From Chiloscyllium plagiosum (Eukaryota), in the NCBI RefSeq assembly GCF_004010195.1, contig NC_057758.1:1508927-1572926 (forward strand): a DNA stretch of 64,000 bases. Direction: 5' to 3'. The translations under genes and the position numbers were made by a program. The notes beneath the pieces are model-generated. The model was given only the letters and a program-made list of their open reading frames with translations, ran no database searches and was not told the origin of the DNA. Each line of letters opens with the position of its first letter. Within the stretch, counting starts at the first letter, position 1. Shown here piece after piece: positions 49,607-63,240 of the stretch.

Positions 49607-51409
49607 TTCAATACCTGTTGCATTGGCTGCTTTCAGAGTCCAGATGCTGGCCAATTGATGACTGTTGGCTCTTTTTGGGGGCCCACATCATCATCAAGGG
49701 GGAACAAAAATCATGAAGTGAAAGATTTGGAGCTGTGTGTCTATCGAACACAGCTCCATAGTTGATGATAAAAAAGGAAATTGCATTTATCTTTTGTGGC
49801 CACTATAAACTATTTCCCCTCTGCCTGGCAGGGATTCCACCAACTGGCAGCAGTGGGCCTCTCACTTCCCTCATGGATCTCCACACCAGCTCAGTGATAG
49901 AGGCTTTTCAAAATCGCGCGGGATTGTGGGAGAACCAACTGTCATTGCTCCATCCACTGATAAGGACCTGTCATCAGTTGGATTTGTTACGACACAAGTC
50001 TAGAGTAAAACTACATTGAAACCTTGGCCTTCGGCCTCACAGATTGACAAAATGAGATATTGGTAGAGTACCTCAGCAAGTCTGGCAGTAATTTTGTACA
50101 GAAGAAAGATTTAATGCTTTGCGGTCCACATTCTCAAACATTGACTCCCATCATCATGGACACTCAGGACAAAACTGTGCACATTGTAAATGATGGGCTA
50201 CAGAAATTCACCCAGCCTCCTCAGAGATCACTTTCCAAAGCCAAGACTAGGTGAATTATCAGAGGTTCGAAAATAAATGTAGGATGGTCTGAGAGGCATG
50301 TGTAGCAGGAATCGTGATTTGAGAGATTGTGATTAAATCAAACTCCTATGGTGCCAATTGGATGCCCAGGTTGGAGTTTCCAGATCTGTTCTGACTCTCA
50401 CCCATTTGGTGCAATGACTGCACCCAACAATACGCCTTTAGTGTGAAGACAACATTTTAACTTCACCAGGACGGAATAGTGTTCACTCCTGCCAACGATG
50501 ATGGAGCAGACGGATTTGAGGCAGGAAGATCTGTAAGAAGTAGGTCCCTTCTGTTCGTTGTCTCGTTTTAACCTTTGGCTATGAGGCCTCTATGAGTGTG
50601 ACCCATCCTGGAGTTGCTGAGACTTTCTTAGTGATGGAGATTCAAGCACAAAAACTAGAATGATCAAGAGTGTTGGTTTCTTTCAATGCATTTAGCACCA
50701 GTGTTTAACATGAAAAAGGACAGAACCATCATTTGTCGGGGGGAGGGTAGATGGGAATCACCTGGAGGTTTCCTTTACTATAACTACCACAATGAGAAGG
50801 CTTCCCTGAGAATGGTAGTCTGGCTCACCCACATTGAACCAATGATTTTGGAAGGGAACGACTTTTCTGTGAGGTTGGTCAGAAGATGCAGATGCAAAAT
50901 TACCTACTTTGGATCTCCCTCTTGCCTGGTCAATATGATTGCACACCGATCAAATAGACAAATAATGTGGGGCATGGACAAGAGTCAATGCAACGCGCTT
51001 GATTGAGGTGATTCAGAAAACAGTAGGTCAGGGTAATTGATCTACAAAATAGAAAATATTCAGTTCTGTAGAAATAACAGCTAGCATCATTCGGAGCCTG
51101 AGACAACTTCAGTTTAGAACCTCTTCATTGCGTACCCATTTTCTCCTGTAATAGTATAGTGGTATGATATAAATCACACTCTCAAAACCAAAAGAAAACA
51201 CTTACAAAACAAAAGAAAAGTCGCTGGAGAAACTCAGCACATGTAGAAATATCTGAAGAGAGGAAAGGCAGAGATAATGGGTGTGGGGAGACAAAGGTGA
51301 TGATTTTGGAAATTGTCAAATATTGGCAGGAACTGGCGAAGTAAACACAGACAGTGATGTCCTTCTTCCAAAACGTCAGTGCCAAAAGATAGCCCTGATA
51401 CAGGATCTG

Positions 51410-52030
51410 CCATTGAGAAATTGACCAGATTAACATGTTGGGCGGTATTGTGGTAATCGTGGATGATTGCAGAAAATTGCATAGAGATATTGAGAGATTA
51501 AGTCAATCGACAGCACTGTGACAAATGGATTTCAATCTAAGCAAATTTCGTTGGATAATGAATAGACTTGGTTTTTAAAAGTGTTGTGACGTTAAATACA
51601 GTGAATTCAGAAAGACACTTGGAAGGTCACTTGCATAGACAGTTACAACGACAGGGACCGACGCAGGAAGAAATCAGAAGCGCCAATAGAATGATAACCT
51701 TCATATTTTGAGGACTGGAATACAAAGATGCTGCTGTTATGCTGCAGACATGCAAAAGTCTGGACAGGCTCCACTTGGAGTAATGTGAGTCGATCTGTTC
51801 ACCACATCTTAACAAGTATATATTGGGCTTTGGGCTGGGAATGGGAGGCGGGATTACAAAGTAGGTTTACAGGAACGGTACCAGGAGATCGGGGGTTATG
51901 AGAAATTATACACGTCAGGCCATAGTTCGAGAATTAGGACAAGAACATTTAAAAGAGATAATAGGAAGGAGGGTGGGAGAGATGTAGAATTATCTTCCGC
52001 TAACGGCAGTGGATGCTGGATCAGATGTTA
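51410..52030 (+). mobile_element. Old CR1 RT C-terminal fragment
   Basis: LGGIV, KLHRDIERLSQ, LEYKDAAVMLQ and RLHLE-like remnants. Confidence 0.6.
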
Positions 52031-52889
52031 CCTCTGTCTGCGTACCTTGTTCCACCCCAGAACTTAATAGCCCAGTTCCAACAAGACTTTCTATCCATTG
52101 AGAGCCATCCTGACTGATCTTGGTGTAATCTGCATGACGTCGGAGACTGGCCTCGGGGCTAGAAGGTCAGAGATTTGGAGAAATCTAATCCTCTTTGTGT
52201 GTATCTATGATTTCAGAAAGTCGAAATCCTCTGAGTGGACTCGTTAGAGACTGACCGCCAAACGGTCACCAGTTCCAATCTTTATCTTCAGACGAATAAT
52301 CCGGATTTTCCAACGGTTTGATTGCTGTATCTCAGTCTGGTCAGAAGACGAACATTGGTGTGCTGCAAAATCACAGGTTTTACGACACTCCCTGGAAATT
52401 GAGTGCTCCTTCAGACAATTCCTATAAATCGGGATCCTCCCAAAGTCTCCATTGAAATCATAATCATAATCATAATGTGTGCAGATCTCCCAATGTGAGG
52501 ATATCTGAAGGATATGAAGAGAGGAGCTGTGCACAATACTGACAGTATTGTCTGATTGATGGATGGCTAAGAGCCAGGGGAGATCCTGAGAAGCAACCTC
52601 GGCCTCCGGATTTATGGCTGTTGGATCCACCTGAGCACTAGCTGAAATTATGGGGGAAGCCATGCCCAGTTATGGGGTTTCTTGGAGATGATATCGAATC
52701 AAGTCGTGTCAGAGGGCACTATCGCCAGGCTTATGGAGTCACATAGCTTCAACAGTTCAACTGTGGAGAGTCTTCAGAAATAATATCACGGCACTGACAT
52801 TCACCTGCTGTCTGCATCCACTTTACCCACAGCAGGATATTGAGTGGGGCTTTCTGAAAAGACTGAAGGGAAGTTGTCCTTTTTCATGG

Positions 52890-53090
52890 TCAGCACCGAG
52901 GGAGTTCTACACGGTCAGAGGTCAGCGCTGAGGGAACAACACACGATCGGAGAGTCAGCGCTGAGGAAGCACCGCACTGTCGGAGGGTCAGTGCTGAGGG
53001 AGTGGGCACTGTTAGAGGGTCAATATTGAGTAAGCTCTGTACCGTCGGAGGGTTACAGCTAAGAGAGATCTGCATGATTGGAGGGTTAGA
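52890..53090 (+). repeat. Degenerate ~33-bp minisatellite, about 6 copies
   Basis: Unit approximately ctgagggagtgccgcactgtcggagggtcagtg. Confidence 0.8.
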
Positions 53091-54049
53091 ACAAGACGCT
53101 GAGATGCGTTGAAGAGAATGAAATGGATCTTGTTCTTGCAATTCTAAACGAGTGGTGGTTTTCATATTCAAAAGACTCTGACCGTCAGGCAAAAGTTGGA
53201 GTTGATGATTGAGTGGTGACATTTCAGCTGAGAGTGCCAACTTGCCTTTTGTTATCCTCATTTTGCACAGAATTTATAGAATCAGAAATATTTGATGCGA
53301 ATCAAGCCCTCGTTGCTCTGGCAATACTCCCATATAGAACATCGAATAGTATGGCACATTAATTCAAACTAACCGACACAGCCTACATTTTACAACCATT
53401 CATGTGCCTATCGAAGACTCGCTGAATTGAGCCTAATGTTTCTGACTTTACCAGTACTGCTGGCAGTGCATTACACGAACCATGATTCTCTTTGTAAAGA
53501 ACCGACCTCTGCATCTCCCCTAAACTTGACATCTTGAAATTATATCCCCTCATGATAACTGTCTATACCTCTGTCACATCACCGCTCATCCCTTGTCTCT
53601 TCAATGATCGAGCGCCCTCAACCGTTCTTCAAAAGACATGCCCTCCACTCAGCACATCACCTGGCAATTCTCAAGTAAGCTCCCTTCTTCCTCTTAACTC
53701 GGTGTCAAGAAAGTTTCCTTCACTCTACCATCCCTTTCTTGCTTCAGTTGGACAAACCTATCCTGCAGTATCAATAAGTGCTACCTAAACAATCTCCACA
53801 ACTCTGTTGTGCATTTCCCTGAGAAGTCTGTTCCTAATTTGGGTGCTCTACTTCCTGCCTAAAGGCAATGCGATTCCCCCCACCTCATTTAAATACTCTC
53901 CCAAACCGTCTGCACCTAACCCTTTCCATGACTACCGTAAGGGTCAGGGAGTTGTGATCACCATCACCGAAGGGCTCTCCCAGAGAGAGCTGACACCTAG
54001 CCTGCGTTCCAATTATCTACATATATGAAGATGTCAAGGAACAAGGAAT

Positions 54050-57000
54050 GCCTGTTGAATTAAATTGCATTTTTTTCAATGCAAGTGGACTTGCTGGTCA
54101 GGCTGGTGAGGTAAGGGCGTGGATAAGTATGCGGGACAGAGATATTATAGCTATGATAGAAACATTCCAAACAAAAGGCGGTACTGGCAGCGTGACGTGC
54201 TGATGTGCAGATGCTTTTGGCGAGTCAGATGTAGTGAAAGGAACACGGGGGAGTTGGATGAGCATCACAGCAGTAATCAGAGATGGATAACTAAAGCATC
54301 ATCCAGTGAGGATTTGTCGGTAGAGCAACGAAATAAGAAAGGTATGGTGACCTTATTGGGGTTGTACTACAGGACCCCAAATAGCCAACAGGAATTAGAA
54401 GAACGAATATGCATTGAGAGTGGGGAGATTGGCAGGAGCAATAACATTGTCATAGTAGGGAATTTTAAGTTTCCTAACATAGACAGGGACTGCCAGAGCA
54501 TTAGCGGCTTAGGTGGGGTGGAACGTTTCAAGTGCGTTCAGGAATGTTTCCTCAAGCTGTATAACGAGGATCCTTACGGGAAGTGGCAAAACTCGACTAC
54601 CCCGGGGAAACAGGTCTGAACAGGCGACAGAGGTGAAGAAGGGGGAGCACATTGCGGCCAGTGACCATAGTTTTCTCAGTTTTAATATAGTGATGGAGAG
54701 GGACAAAACTGGTTTACAGGTTCAAGTGATAGATCATGGAAAGGAGAATTTTGACGCAGAAGACAAGAGCTTGCACGGTTTGATTGGAGTAGTTTGTTTG
54801 CAAGTAAAGGATGGAGAAAGTGAGGTCTGCAGATGCTGACCTGAAGAAGGGCCTGTGCCCGAAACGTCGAATCTCCTGTTCCCTGGATGCTGCCTGACCT
54901 GCTGTGCTGTTCCAGCAATAAAGTTTCAACTTGCAAGTAAAGAATGTTGGGTAAGTGGTCGACATTTAAAAGTGAGATAGCTAGAGTTCAAGGTCTATAT
55001 ACTCTTGTGAGGTTCACCCTTTCACAGGCAAGGTAGGCAGCAATAGGGAGCCCAGGATGTAATGAGATACTGAGGCTTTGATCAAAATTGAGAAGGAGTC
55101 CTAGCTCAAGTACGGGCAGCTGTGATTAACGGAATTCCCGCATGTACACAGGGAATGCTCGAGTTCAATTAAGAAGGAAATTAGGGGGTGGGGGAGTGAA
55201 AACCGGGAACGAGACAGTGTTGGCCGAGAAGATTAGGGTGAATCCAAAGAACTACTTAAATATATTAAATGAAAAGGAATAACTACAGACAGAATGCCAC
55301 CCCTCAAGGACCAAAGTGGGCATGTATGCGTAGAACTACAGTAGATGGGCAATTATGTCAATAAATATTTTTCCTCTCTGTTGGCCATGGAGAAAGACAT
55401 GAAGCTTTGTGAACTTGGGGAATTTGGTGGTCATATACAAGTGGTCTTGAATGTATTTGAAGGTATGAAATTGGAGAAAACTCCTGGTCCTTTCCAGAAA
55501 TATCCAAGAGCACTTGAAGAGGTGTGCAAAGAATTTTCGGATCCCTGGTTGAAATGTTTGTATCATTGATTGCCTCGGGAAAGGTCCCCTCAAAAAATCA
55601 CGGAGGTGAGATGGCAGAGCTGAGTATTGTGGCCACCACCAAAGACAAGGCGCTAGATAAACTGAAAGTCCTGAAGATGGCAAATCATCTGGAGCAGATG
55701 GACAACACACCAGAGTTCTAAGGGACATGGCTGAAGAGGTAGTGGAGGCATTAGTGGTGATCTTTCAGGAATTGCTAGAAGCAGCGAGGGCCCCAGAGGG
55801 CAGGAAAATAGCTGAGGTGACACCCAAGGTTAAAAATGTCAGTAAGGCAAAAGATGGAAAACTACAGACTGATTAGCCTAACCTGGGTCGTCGATAAGAT
55901 AATAGAATCCAGTGTTAAGGATGAGATTTCTGAAAACTTGAAAGTGTATGGTAAAACAGGGAAAAGTCAGCATGGTTTCATCAAGAAGAAGTCATGACTG
56001 GCAAATCTTCAGGAACTCTTTGAGTAAGTAACGAGCATGTTAGACCAAAGTCAGCCAATTCAAGAAGTCTTTTGACAAGGTGCTGCAAAAGAGTCTACTG
56101 AGTAAGATAAAGGCTTTTGGTGTACGTGGCTAGGATCTAGCATGGATAGAAGCTTGATTGTCTGGCAGAAAGTAGAGATTTGAGATATAAACGTCCTTCT
56201 CAGGATGGCAGCCGTTGACAAGTGTTGTTTTATAATGCTCAGTGTTGACAATATATCTTTTCACTTTATACATTACAAACCTAGGTGAAAGAATATTCAC
56301 AGTTGTTTTCATGGAGTGATTTGTGCCTCATGTAACAGTAATACATTTAAATCTAATGAAAGTAAAATATAATAGAAACTAAGTGTTAAACTTGGAAAGC
56401 TCCCAAAATGCAATACGCTGTCTAAGGTATGAGATGATACAAATATAGGTAAAGGGACAGGTAGAACTGAGAAGGTGGGAAGCTGCAGAAGGATTTGAAC
56501 ATGTTAGGAGTGTGGGCAAGGAAGTGGCAGATGGGGCACAGCGTGGGAAAGTGTTAAGTCATGCACTTTGGTAGGAAGAATAAAGGTGTGGACAATTTTC
56601 AAAATTCAAAAGTCTGAAATTCAAAGAGTTCTAGTCGAGAATTCTCTCAACGTAAATATGGAGTTCGAGACAGTAATTAGGAAGGCAAATATAACAATGA
56701 CATTTTGAGTGGATTTAAATATAAAAGCAGGAATGCACTTCTGAGGCTTTGTCAGACCATATTTGGAGAATTGTGTTCAGTTTTAGGCACCACATCCCAG
56801 GAAAAATGGACTGGCCTTGGAGCGTATCTGAGGTATTTGATGAAAATGGTCCCAGGAATGAAAAGCTTAAAACTATGAGGAAAGTTTGAGGACCCTGGGT
56901 TTATACTCGATGTAGTTGAGAAGAAGGAGGGGAGGGATCCAATTGAAACATTACGAATACAAAATGGCGTGGACAGAGTAGATGTTGAGAAGATGTTTCA

Positions 57001-57312
57001 ATTGGTGGGAGAAAGGAGGATCCGCGGTCACACCATTTCAGTAAATGGGTGACACTTTAGAACGGGGTTAAGGAGAAACCTGTTCAGACATACAGTGGTC
57101 AGTCGGTGGGATTCGTTGCCATAAAAGGCTACGGAGGCCAGGACATTGAGCATATTTAAAACTGAGATAGATAGGTTTTTGAGTATCAAGGGGATCACGA
57201 TTTATGGGGAGAAAACGGGGGAATGGATTTGACAAACTACTTAATATTGATTGAATGGTGGGGTAAACTCGATGGGATGAATGGCATAATTTAGCTCCTG
57301 TTTCTTATGGCC
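54050..57312 (+). mobile_element. Degraded CR1 LINE(s): an APE-containing piece (about 54050-55600) and an RT-to-tail piece (about 55600-57312)
   Basis: FFNASGL, LLGLYYRTP, VGNFKFPNID, SDH, NYRLISLT and SQHGFIKKKS remnants; 3' tail gatgggatgaatggc...ctcctgtttcttatgg. Confidence 0.75.
54810..54930 (+). mobile_element. 121-bp Penelope-type element (inverted 5' piece plus direct tail) with an intact hammerhead core
   Basis: Perfect 12-bp TSD ttgcaagtaaag (54798-54809 / 54931-54942). Core CTGAAGA(54841)-A-GGGC-ctgt-GCCC-GAAA-CGTC(54868)-gaatc. Confidence 0.88.
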
Positions 57313-57599
57313 TTACCCTCTCTGACAAAACGATACAAAGGCTACTCCTGGGGACAGTCTGTTTGAGGGCAATCGAATCCTGGTTTCCGTGGACCACAGC
57401 GGCACTTCACACTTCAGCAGAGAGTAAGAACAGCTAACTGAAACGCTTCCAGAATGTACTTGCTTTTCAGAGCATGTGAAAGTATCGTGAATGTGTCAAG
57501 GAGTGAATCTCATAAACCTGGCCTCGGACAGTTAAATACCAGTGACTAACTCGTGGACTACAGATGACGGCGAGATCTAGAGTATCACAGATGTCCAAA

Positions 57600-57850
57600 A
57601 GGCACAGTGGCACAATGGCTAGCACAGCATCAGGAACCTGGTTTCAATTCCCTGTGTGGCGTTTGCATGTTCTCCCCGTGTCCGTGTGAATTTCTGCTGA
57701 GTGCTCCGGTTTCTTCCCACAATCTAAAAGTATGCAGGATACGTAGATTGGCCATGGTGAATGCGAGGTTGAGGGAATAGGGTCTAGATTGGAATTATTT
57801 GCAAACGGTCAGAGCAGAATCGATTGACCCAAATGACCTCTTTCAGCACT
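57600..57850 (+). mobile_element. Older V-SINE
   Basis: ggcacagtggcacaatggctagcac...ttctccccgtgtccgtgtgaatttctgctgagtgctccggtttcttcccaca. Confidence 0.75.
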
Positions 57851-58092
57851 GCCGGGAATCTGTATTTAGTCTGGAGGAAATTGAATGTTGAGGAGAAAGG
57901 CTATGGAAGAAGTTGCAAATACGGCACTTCATGAATGAAGAGTCACCAAAGTATCCCAAGTGGATGAGAAGTGCATAGTTACGCATTGGGTAATAGGCGT
58001 AGTCCCTGTCGTGTTTTTCTGTCAATCAACCTTGTTCAAACATATAGTGTAGGCAGCGCTTGAAACCAAGTTTCTTGGTCTGATGAGGGCCG

Positions 58093-58205
58093 AGGAAGGG
58101 CTTTTGCCCAAAAGGTCGATATTCCTGCTCCTCGGATGTTGCCTGACCAGCCGTGCCTTTCCAGCACCACACTCTCGACTCGAATCTCCAGCATCTGCAG
58201 TCCTT
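58093..58205 (+). mobile_element. Penelope-type tail with a degenerate hammerhead core
   Basis: gaggaagggcttttgcccaaaaggtcgatattcctgctcctcggatg...ctccagcatctgcagtcct. Confidence 0.75.
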
Positions 58206-59459
58206 AGAAATAAGTATAGAGTGGAAACCAACGATTTCATCTTACCTTGGTTAATTGAAGCAAAATTGAATAATTTCCTGTTTGAGATGGCAGTCTTTGC
58301 ACATTCTCAGGTTTAAAAAGTCACAGAACTAAGGGTTGATGCAGCAGTCGAAACATCAGAACGTCAGTGGGCCATTCAGTCTCCTGAGACTGTTCCACAA
58401 ATTCAATGAGATCATGTGGCCTCACTCCATATTATTGCAATTCGCATATATCCCTTAATACCTTTACGTAAGGAGGGAAGAAGCTGTCTCCGATTTAAAA
58501 TATCAAATTATCCTGGTCCTTTGCCCTTTGAGAAAAAATGCCCTAATCGTCTACTACTCCATGTGTGTAGAACTGCACAGATCAGCATTGTTGCACTTGA
58601 TGGAATCCCAGGCTTTGCGTCTCCACACGGCCGACTCTCATCCTTATGATGGTGTCAAAGATCATATGCTGGGAGACTCACGAATCTCCGAATGAAATCC
58701 TGGCTTCGACGACTTCATCACACCTGTTGGAATATGTCAGCACCAGAACCCCAAAGAAAATCAGCCACCGTTTCTAAATCCTGATCTGCCTGCTCCTTGT
58801 ATTTATAATGGAATAGCCAGAGAGGAGGCCTTTTAAATGGATACACAAAGTAATGTATAGTTAATAACCACCCACACGAGGAATATTGTCTTCACCACAG
58901 ACAATTGAAAATATCATTTCATTATAAGAGGAAAACGTTAACTGGAATGAAAGACTGCCTGTATCTTATGTACTGATTTCTATTAATTAACAGAAAGACA
59001 ATAAATATTTGTCTTTTTCCCCTGACATTTCCCAGCCGATCTTACCCATGTTTCTGTGGGTGAGAATACTTTTTAATCATTGGAATTAGATGATACTCTG
59101 AGGGTGCTGTGTTCAAATCTCACCGCAACTGTTTGAATTTGATATTTGCAATTCCCAGGCTACCCCGATGCTTTCTGATCCATTCAGTTCTGCTTGTGTT
59201 GACACTCTTGGTGACTAGATAGGGTAGACAGAAAGTGCTATTCCCTTTTTGATACAGGGATCAATGTACAAGGGGCATATATTTAACATAAGTGATTTAG
59301 TGGAGTTATGACAAAAGTAAATTACTGGAATGCTGTGATCAGTCGGGTTATGGTCTGCTAGTATGAGGTTTTCTGCTGTGCAGTAGCTGGACAGAAATCA
59401 ATGATTTTTATTTTGCTCAAAAAACGTCAATAATCCAATGGTAAATAAACGAGAAGTGG

Positions 59460-60060
59460 GTAATTCATTCCCTCAAGCCTGTTCTACCATTCACTAGGAT
59501 CAAGGCTGATCTGACTTCTGTCACATTCAATTTTCTCCCTACGATTTGTTCCTAATTGAGAATCCACCCTGTCTCAAACGTAAATAAAAACAAAAGAAAG
59601 AGAAACAGAAGTAGGACATTTGCCCCATTGAGCCTTCTCTGCCATTCAATAAGATCCTGGGTTATCTTTGTGTAGCCTCAGTGACCCCCGCCCAACCTTA
59701 CCGGCTCGCACACCTTAACCCTTAATTCCCCTACTGTTCAAAAAGCTACGTAGCTCTTCCTTTAAAACGCTAAACCATATAGTGTCAACTGTTTCACTGG
59801 ACAAGGAAATCCATCAGTTCACAACACTACGGGTGAAGAAGTTCTTTTTCAACTCAGTCGTAAATCTGCTCTGTCTTAATTTGAGGCCCATGCCAGTATT
59901 TGTAGTTTCGTGTGACAGTGGAAACAGCTTTCTTCCATCTTCCCTTCATAATTTTAAACGTTTCGTTCTAAATCTCAATGAGTGCATTTCCAGCTCACTC
60001 AATCTTTCCCCATTCGCCAACCTTCTCAACTCTGGTATCCCGGCGACTATCGCAAGGATT
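59460..60060 (-). mobile_element. CR1 3'-end fragments
   Basis: Reverse-strand CR1 3' UTR and ORF2 end (gggtgaagaagttc, gccattcaataagatc). Confidence 0.55.
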
Positions 60061-60089
60061 GAATGACGTCACATATTCAAAAAAGAGAC

Positions 60090-61920
60090 AGCAGACGATG
60101 ATCCCTTCCAGGACGTCTCAACGCCTTCTATGCTCGCTTTGAGCAGAAGTTTGGTGGAGAGATAGCACCTATTACGACAAGTCCTGACGAACGTGTACCA
60201 ACAGTCACTGCATCAGAGGTCAGTTCAGTTTTCCTTCGTGTGAATCCAAGGAAAGCGATGGAATCAGACCGAGTACCAGGCCGTGCACTCAGGGCATGTG
60301 CAGATCAACTGGTAGAGGTCTTCTCGAACATCTTCAAATACTCCCTGCAGCAGGCAACTATCCCTGCGTGTTTCAAGAGGGCCAACATCATCCCTGTGCC
60401 TCTGAAGGCTATGCAGCATGTCTCAATGACTACCGCCTAGTGACCCTAACGTCGGCAGTCATGAAGTGCTTTGAAAGGTTGGCGATGGCGTTCATCAACT
60501 CCAGCCTCCCCACTACACTTGACCCACTTCAACTTAGCAAAAGTGAGGACTGCAGATGCTGGAAACCAGAGTTTAGATTAGATTGGTGCTGGAAAAGCAC
60601 AGCAGGCCATGCAGCATCCGAGGAGCAGAAAAATCGACGTTTAGGGCAAAAGCCCTTCATTAGGAACTTCAACTTCAATTTGCCTATTTGACCAACAGAT
60701 CCACGTCAGCTGCCCTATCACTTGCCCATCCTAGAACATCTTGACACCAAGAGCAGCGACGTAGGAATCCTACTCTTTGACTACATTCCAGCCTTCAACG
60801 CTATTATTCCCTCGAGACTGATTACTAAACTTTGCGGTCTTGGACTGAGCCTCACTCTCTGCAACTGGATCCTCAGTTTCCTAACCCACAGTCTACAGTC
60901 AGTAAAGATTGGGGACAATATTTCATCCTCACTAACACTCAACACTGGAGCACCCCAGGGGTGCGTACTTATCCCCCTACTGTACTCACTTATACCTATG
61001 ACTGCGTCGCCAAATACCAGGCTAATACCAGCACCAATCTAATCTAAACTCTGGTTTCCAGCATCTGCAGTCCTCAAGTTCGCTGATGACACCAGCATAG
61101 CCGTCGAATCTCAGATGGCGACGAATCTCAGACTGGAGGTGGAAGACCTGGAAACATGGTGCACTGACAAGAACCAAGCTCTCAATGCAGGCAAAACCAA
61201 GTAACTCATTATTGACTTTCAGCGGAACATTAATCATGCCCCCCTACACATTAACGGCACAGAGGTGGAACAAGTGGAGGGTGTCAAGCTCCTGGGAGTG
61301 ATCATTCACAACAAGCTTTCTTGGATTCTTCATGTGGATGCACTGGTTACAAAGGCCCAACAACGTCTCTTCTTCCTCAGGCATGTGAGGAAATTTGGCA
61401 TGACGGCGAATACCCTTGCCAACTTTCATAGGTGCGCCATCGAGAGCATTATGTCTTGATGTGTCACTACCTGTTATGGCAACTGTACCATTTAAGATCG
61501 CAGACGGTTACAGAGAGTGATTATCGGCCCGGACAATCACAAGGTTCAACCTCTCATCTATAGAATCCATCCACCAGATTCGCTGTGAAGGAAAGGCAGC
61601 TCGCATTCTCAAAGATCCATCCCACCCTGGCAATGTTTTTCTACAACCTCTACCACCAGGGTGAAGGTACAGAAGCCTTCACGCACAAGCCTACACGCAC
61701 CAGCCAGTTTCAAAGTAGTTTCTACCCAACTGTTGTTAGAATACTGAATGGACCAACAAACATTCGCCTGTATCTGTGTTTTTGTTTTTGCCGCCATTTA
61801 CCTATTAATCACTTATCTGTGTTACTTCACTCTGTGATCTGCCTGTATTGCTCGCAAGACAAAGCTTTTCACTGTGCCTCGGTACACGTGACAATCAATT
61901 CAATTCACTTCAATTCAATT
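60090..61920 (+). mobile_element. Rex1/Babar-clade LINE (RT plus 3' tail), disrupted
   Basis: NPRKAMESDRVPGRALRACADQL, NDYRLVTLTSAVMKCFERL, LDPLQ, FDYIPAFNAI, TGAPQGCVL, KFADD and KAQQRLFFLR, followed by a (CAATT)n tail at about 61891-61920. Confidence 0.88.
60536..60665 (-). mobile_element. 130-bp Penelope-type tail inserted in the Rex1 element
   Basis: Flanked by acttcaactt (60526-60535 / 60666-60675). The core is mutated (CTAATGA, TAAA). A second 50-bp piece lies at about 61026-61075. Confidence 0.8.
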
Positions 61921-62689
61921 ACTTATTACGGGAAGCACAGAGGTAAATATTACATTGAGAAGATGGCGTCCGTGATGTAAGGAACCCATGGCCGCAGTTA
62001 GCAGCTTAAGAGATGTTTTCTGGTACTTTGCATTCATGAGTAACTGTCAACTCATGAACTTCCCTTGGTTTTGTGTTGCATTAGACAATGCTCAGAGCTT
62101 TCTACTCAGGATAACGGTCGAGTTTCTCCTCCATTCCCACTGATTTTACAGTGCAACACCTTCACAGTCAGGCACATTTTAGTGAGCAGCAAATCCCGCA
62201 GGCCAGTTTGAGTTTCGAGCAGTAAGCAAAGTCACAATGGCGCAGAGGTGGACAGTAGATGGAAATCCATCATTTTACTCCTGGCTATTCCGCCAACTTT
62301 AACTTGTTATGGTCAACATTAATGACTTATTCTGTCCAGACGTAGATGTATAATTTAGTTTTCCGATCTGTGAAGATCGACAATTATGTGTATAATTGAG
62401 CTCATGCTGCAGTTCCTGAGTTGCTGCACTCACACTTGAGTCCACAAATCACGACAATGAGTAATTTCAGACAGTAGATGACCAATATGCTGAAGAAACA
62501 CTTCATACAAATTTTTCAATGTCTGAAGTGAGGTGAAAAACATATCAGGGAGAGAGTCCAGCATAAAACAACAGTTCTTGATAACTACGTATTAACCTAA
62601 AATCCTTTACTGTCATTAGAAAAAATAAAAGCACTTTCTAGGTTTTATGGATCATCTTTTGGTAACAGAATAATAACTCGGAGCATTGC

Positions 62690-63240
62690 AATGTCATTTA
62701 GCTCCAGGAATCTGATTCTACCATATTATATGATCAAGGCTGATCTCATTCTGGCCTCAAGTCCACTTTCTTTCCAGCCCTCCAGAACCCTTTCGTTCAT
62801 TACTGATTAAAAATCTATCCATACACGTCAATTTGTTCAATGTCCCGTCATTTTTCACACTCCAAAACAGTGACGTTCACAGATTCATAACACTTTATGA
62901 AAATTATAACCACCTTACCTGTCACTTGTACTCAAACTAAGATCTCTCACTTTAGATCGTCCCTCCTATGAAAATAACACCTCGACATCTTTTTTGTCAA
63001 TCATCTTTCGCATCTTGTCCACGTCAACTAGATCTACTGTCATTCTACAAACTCCATAAAGACTAAACGCCAAACTGCTCAATCATTCGTCACAAGACAA
63101 ACACTTAAATCTTGATTGACCTGGTGAACTTCCTCTGAATTTCCTCCAAAAAAGTAACATTACTTTTTAAGTAAGATGATGAGAATTGTATGAAGTAGCC
63201 CAGGCCCAGTTTCATGAGTATCTATCACAGTTGCGGTAAC
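62690..63240 (-). mobile_element. Old CR1 3' fragment
   Basis: Reverse-strand CR1 tail (tgatcaaggctgatct) and RT C-terminal remnants (ctggtgaacttcctctgaatt). Confidence 0.5.

Noticed and set aside
52217..52663. 139-aa minus-strand ORF and faint PRY-SPRY-like words on the plus strand (PDFP/RFDCC, RHSLEIE)
   Set aside because: The motifs are in different frames with wrong spacing and stops; there is no coherent exon or recognisable domain.
58056..58091. gctt-GAAA-CCAAG-ttt-CTTGG-TC-TGATGA-GGGC, resembling a permuted hammerhead
   Set aside because: Stem I is absent and one C would have to serve as both the cleavage-site base and the first base of CUGAUGA. It is a single copy and probably chance.
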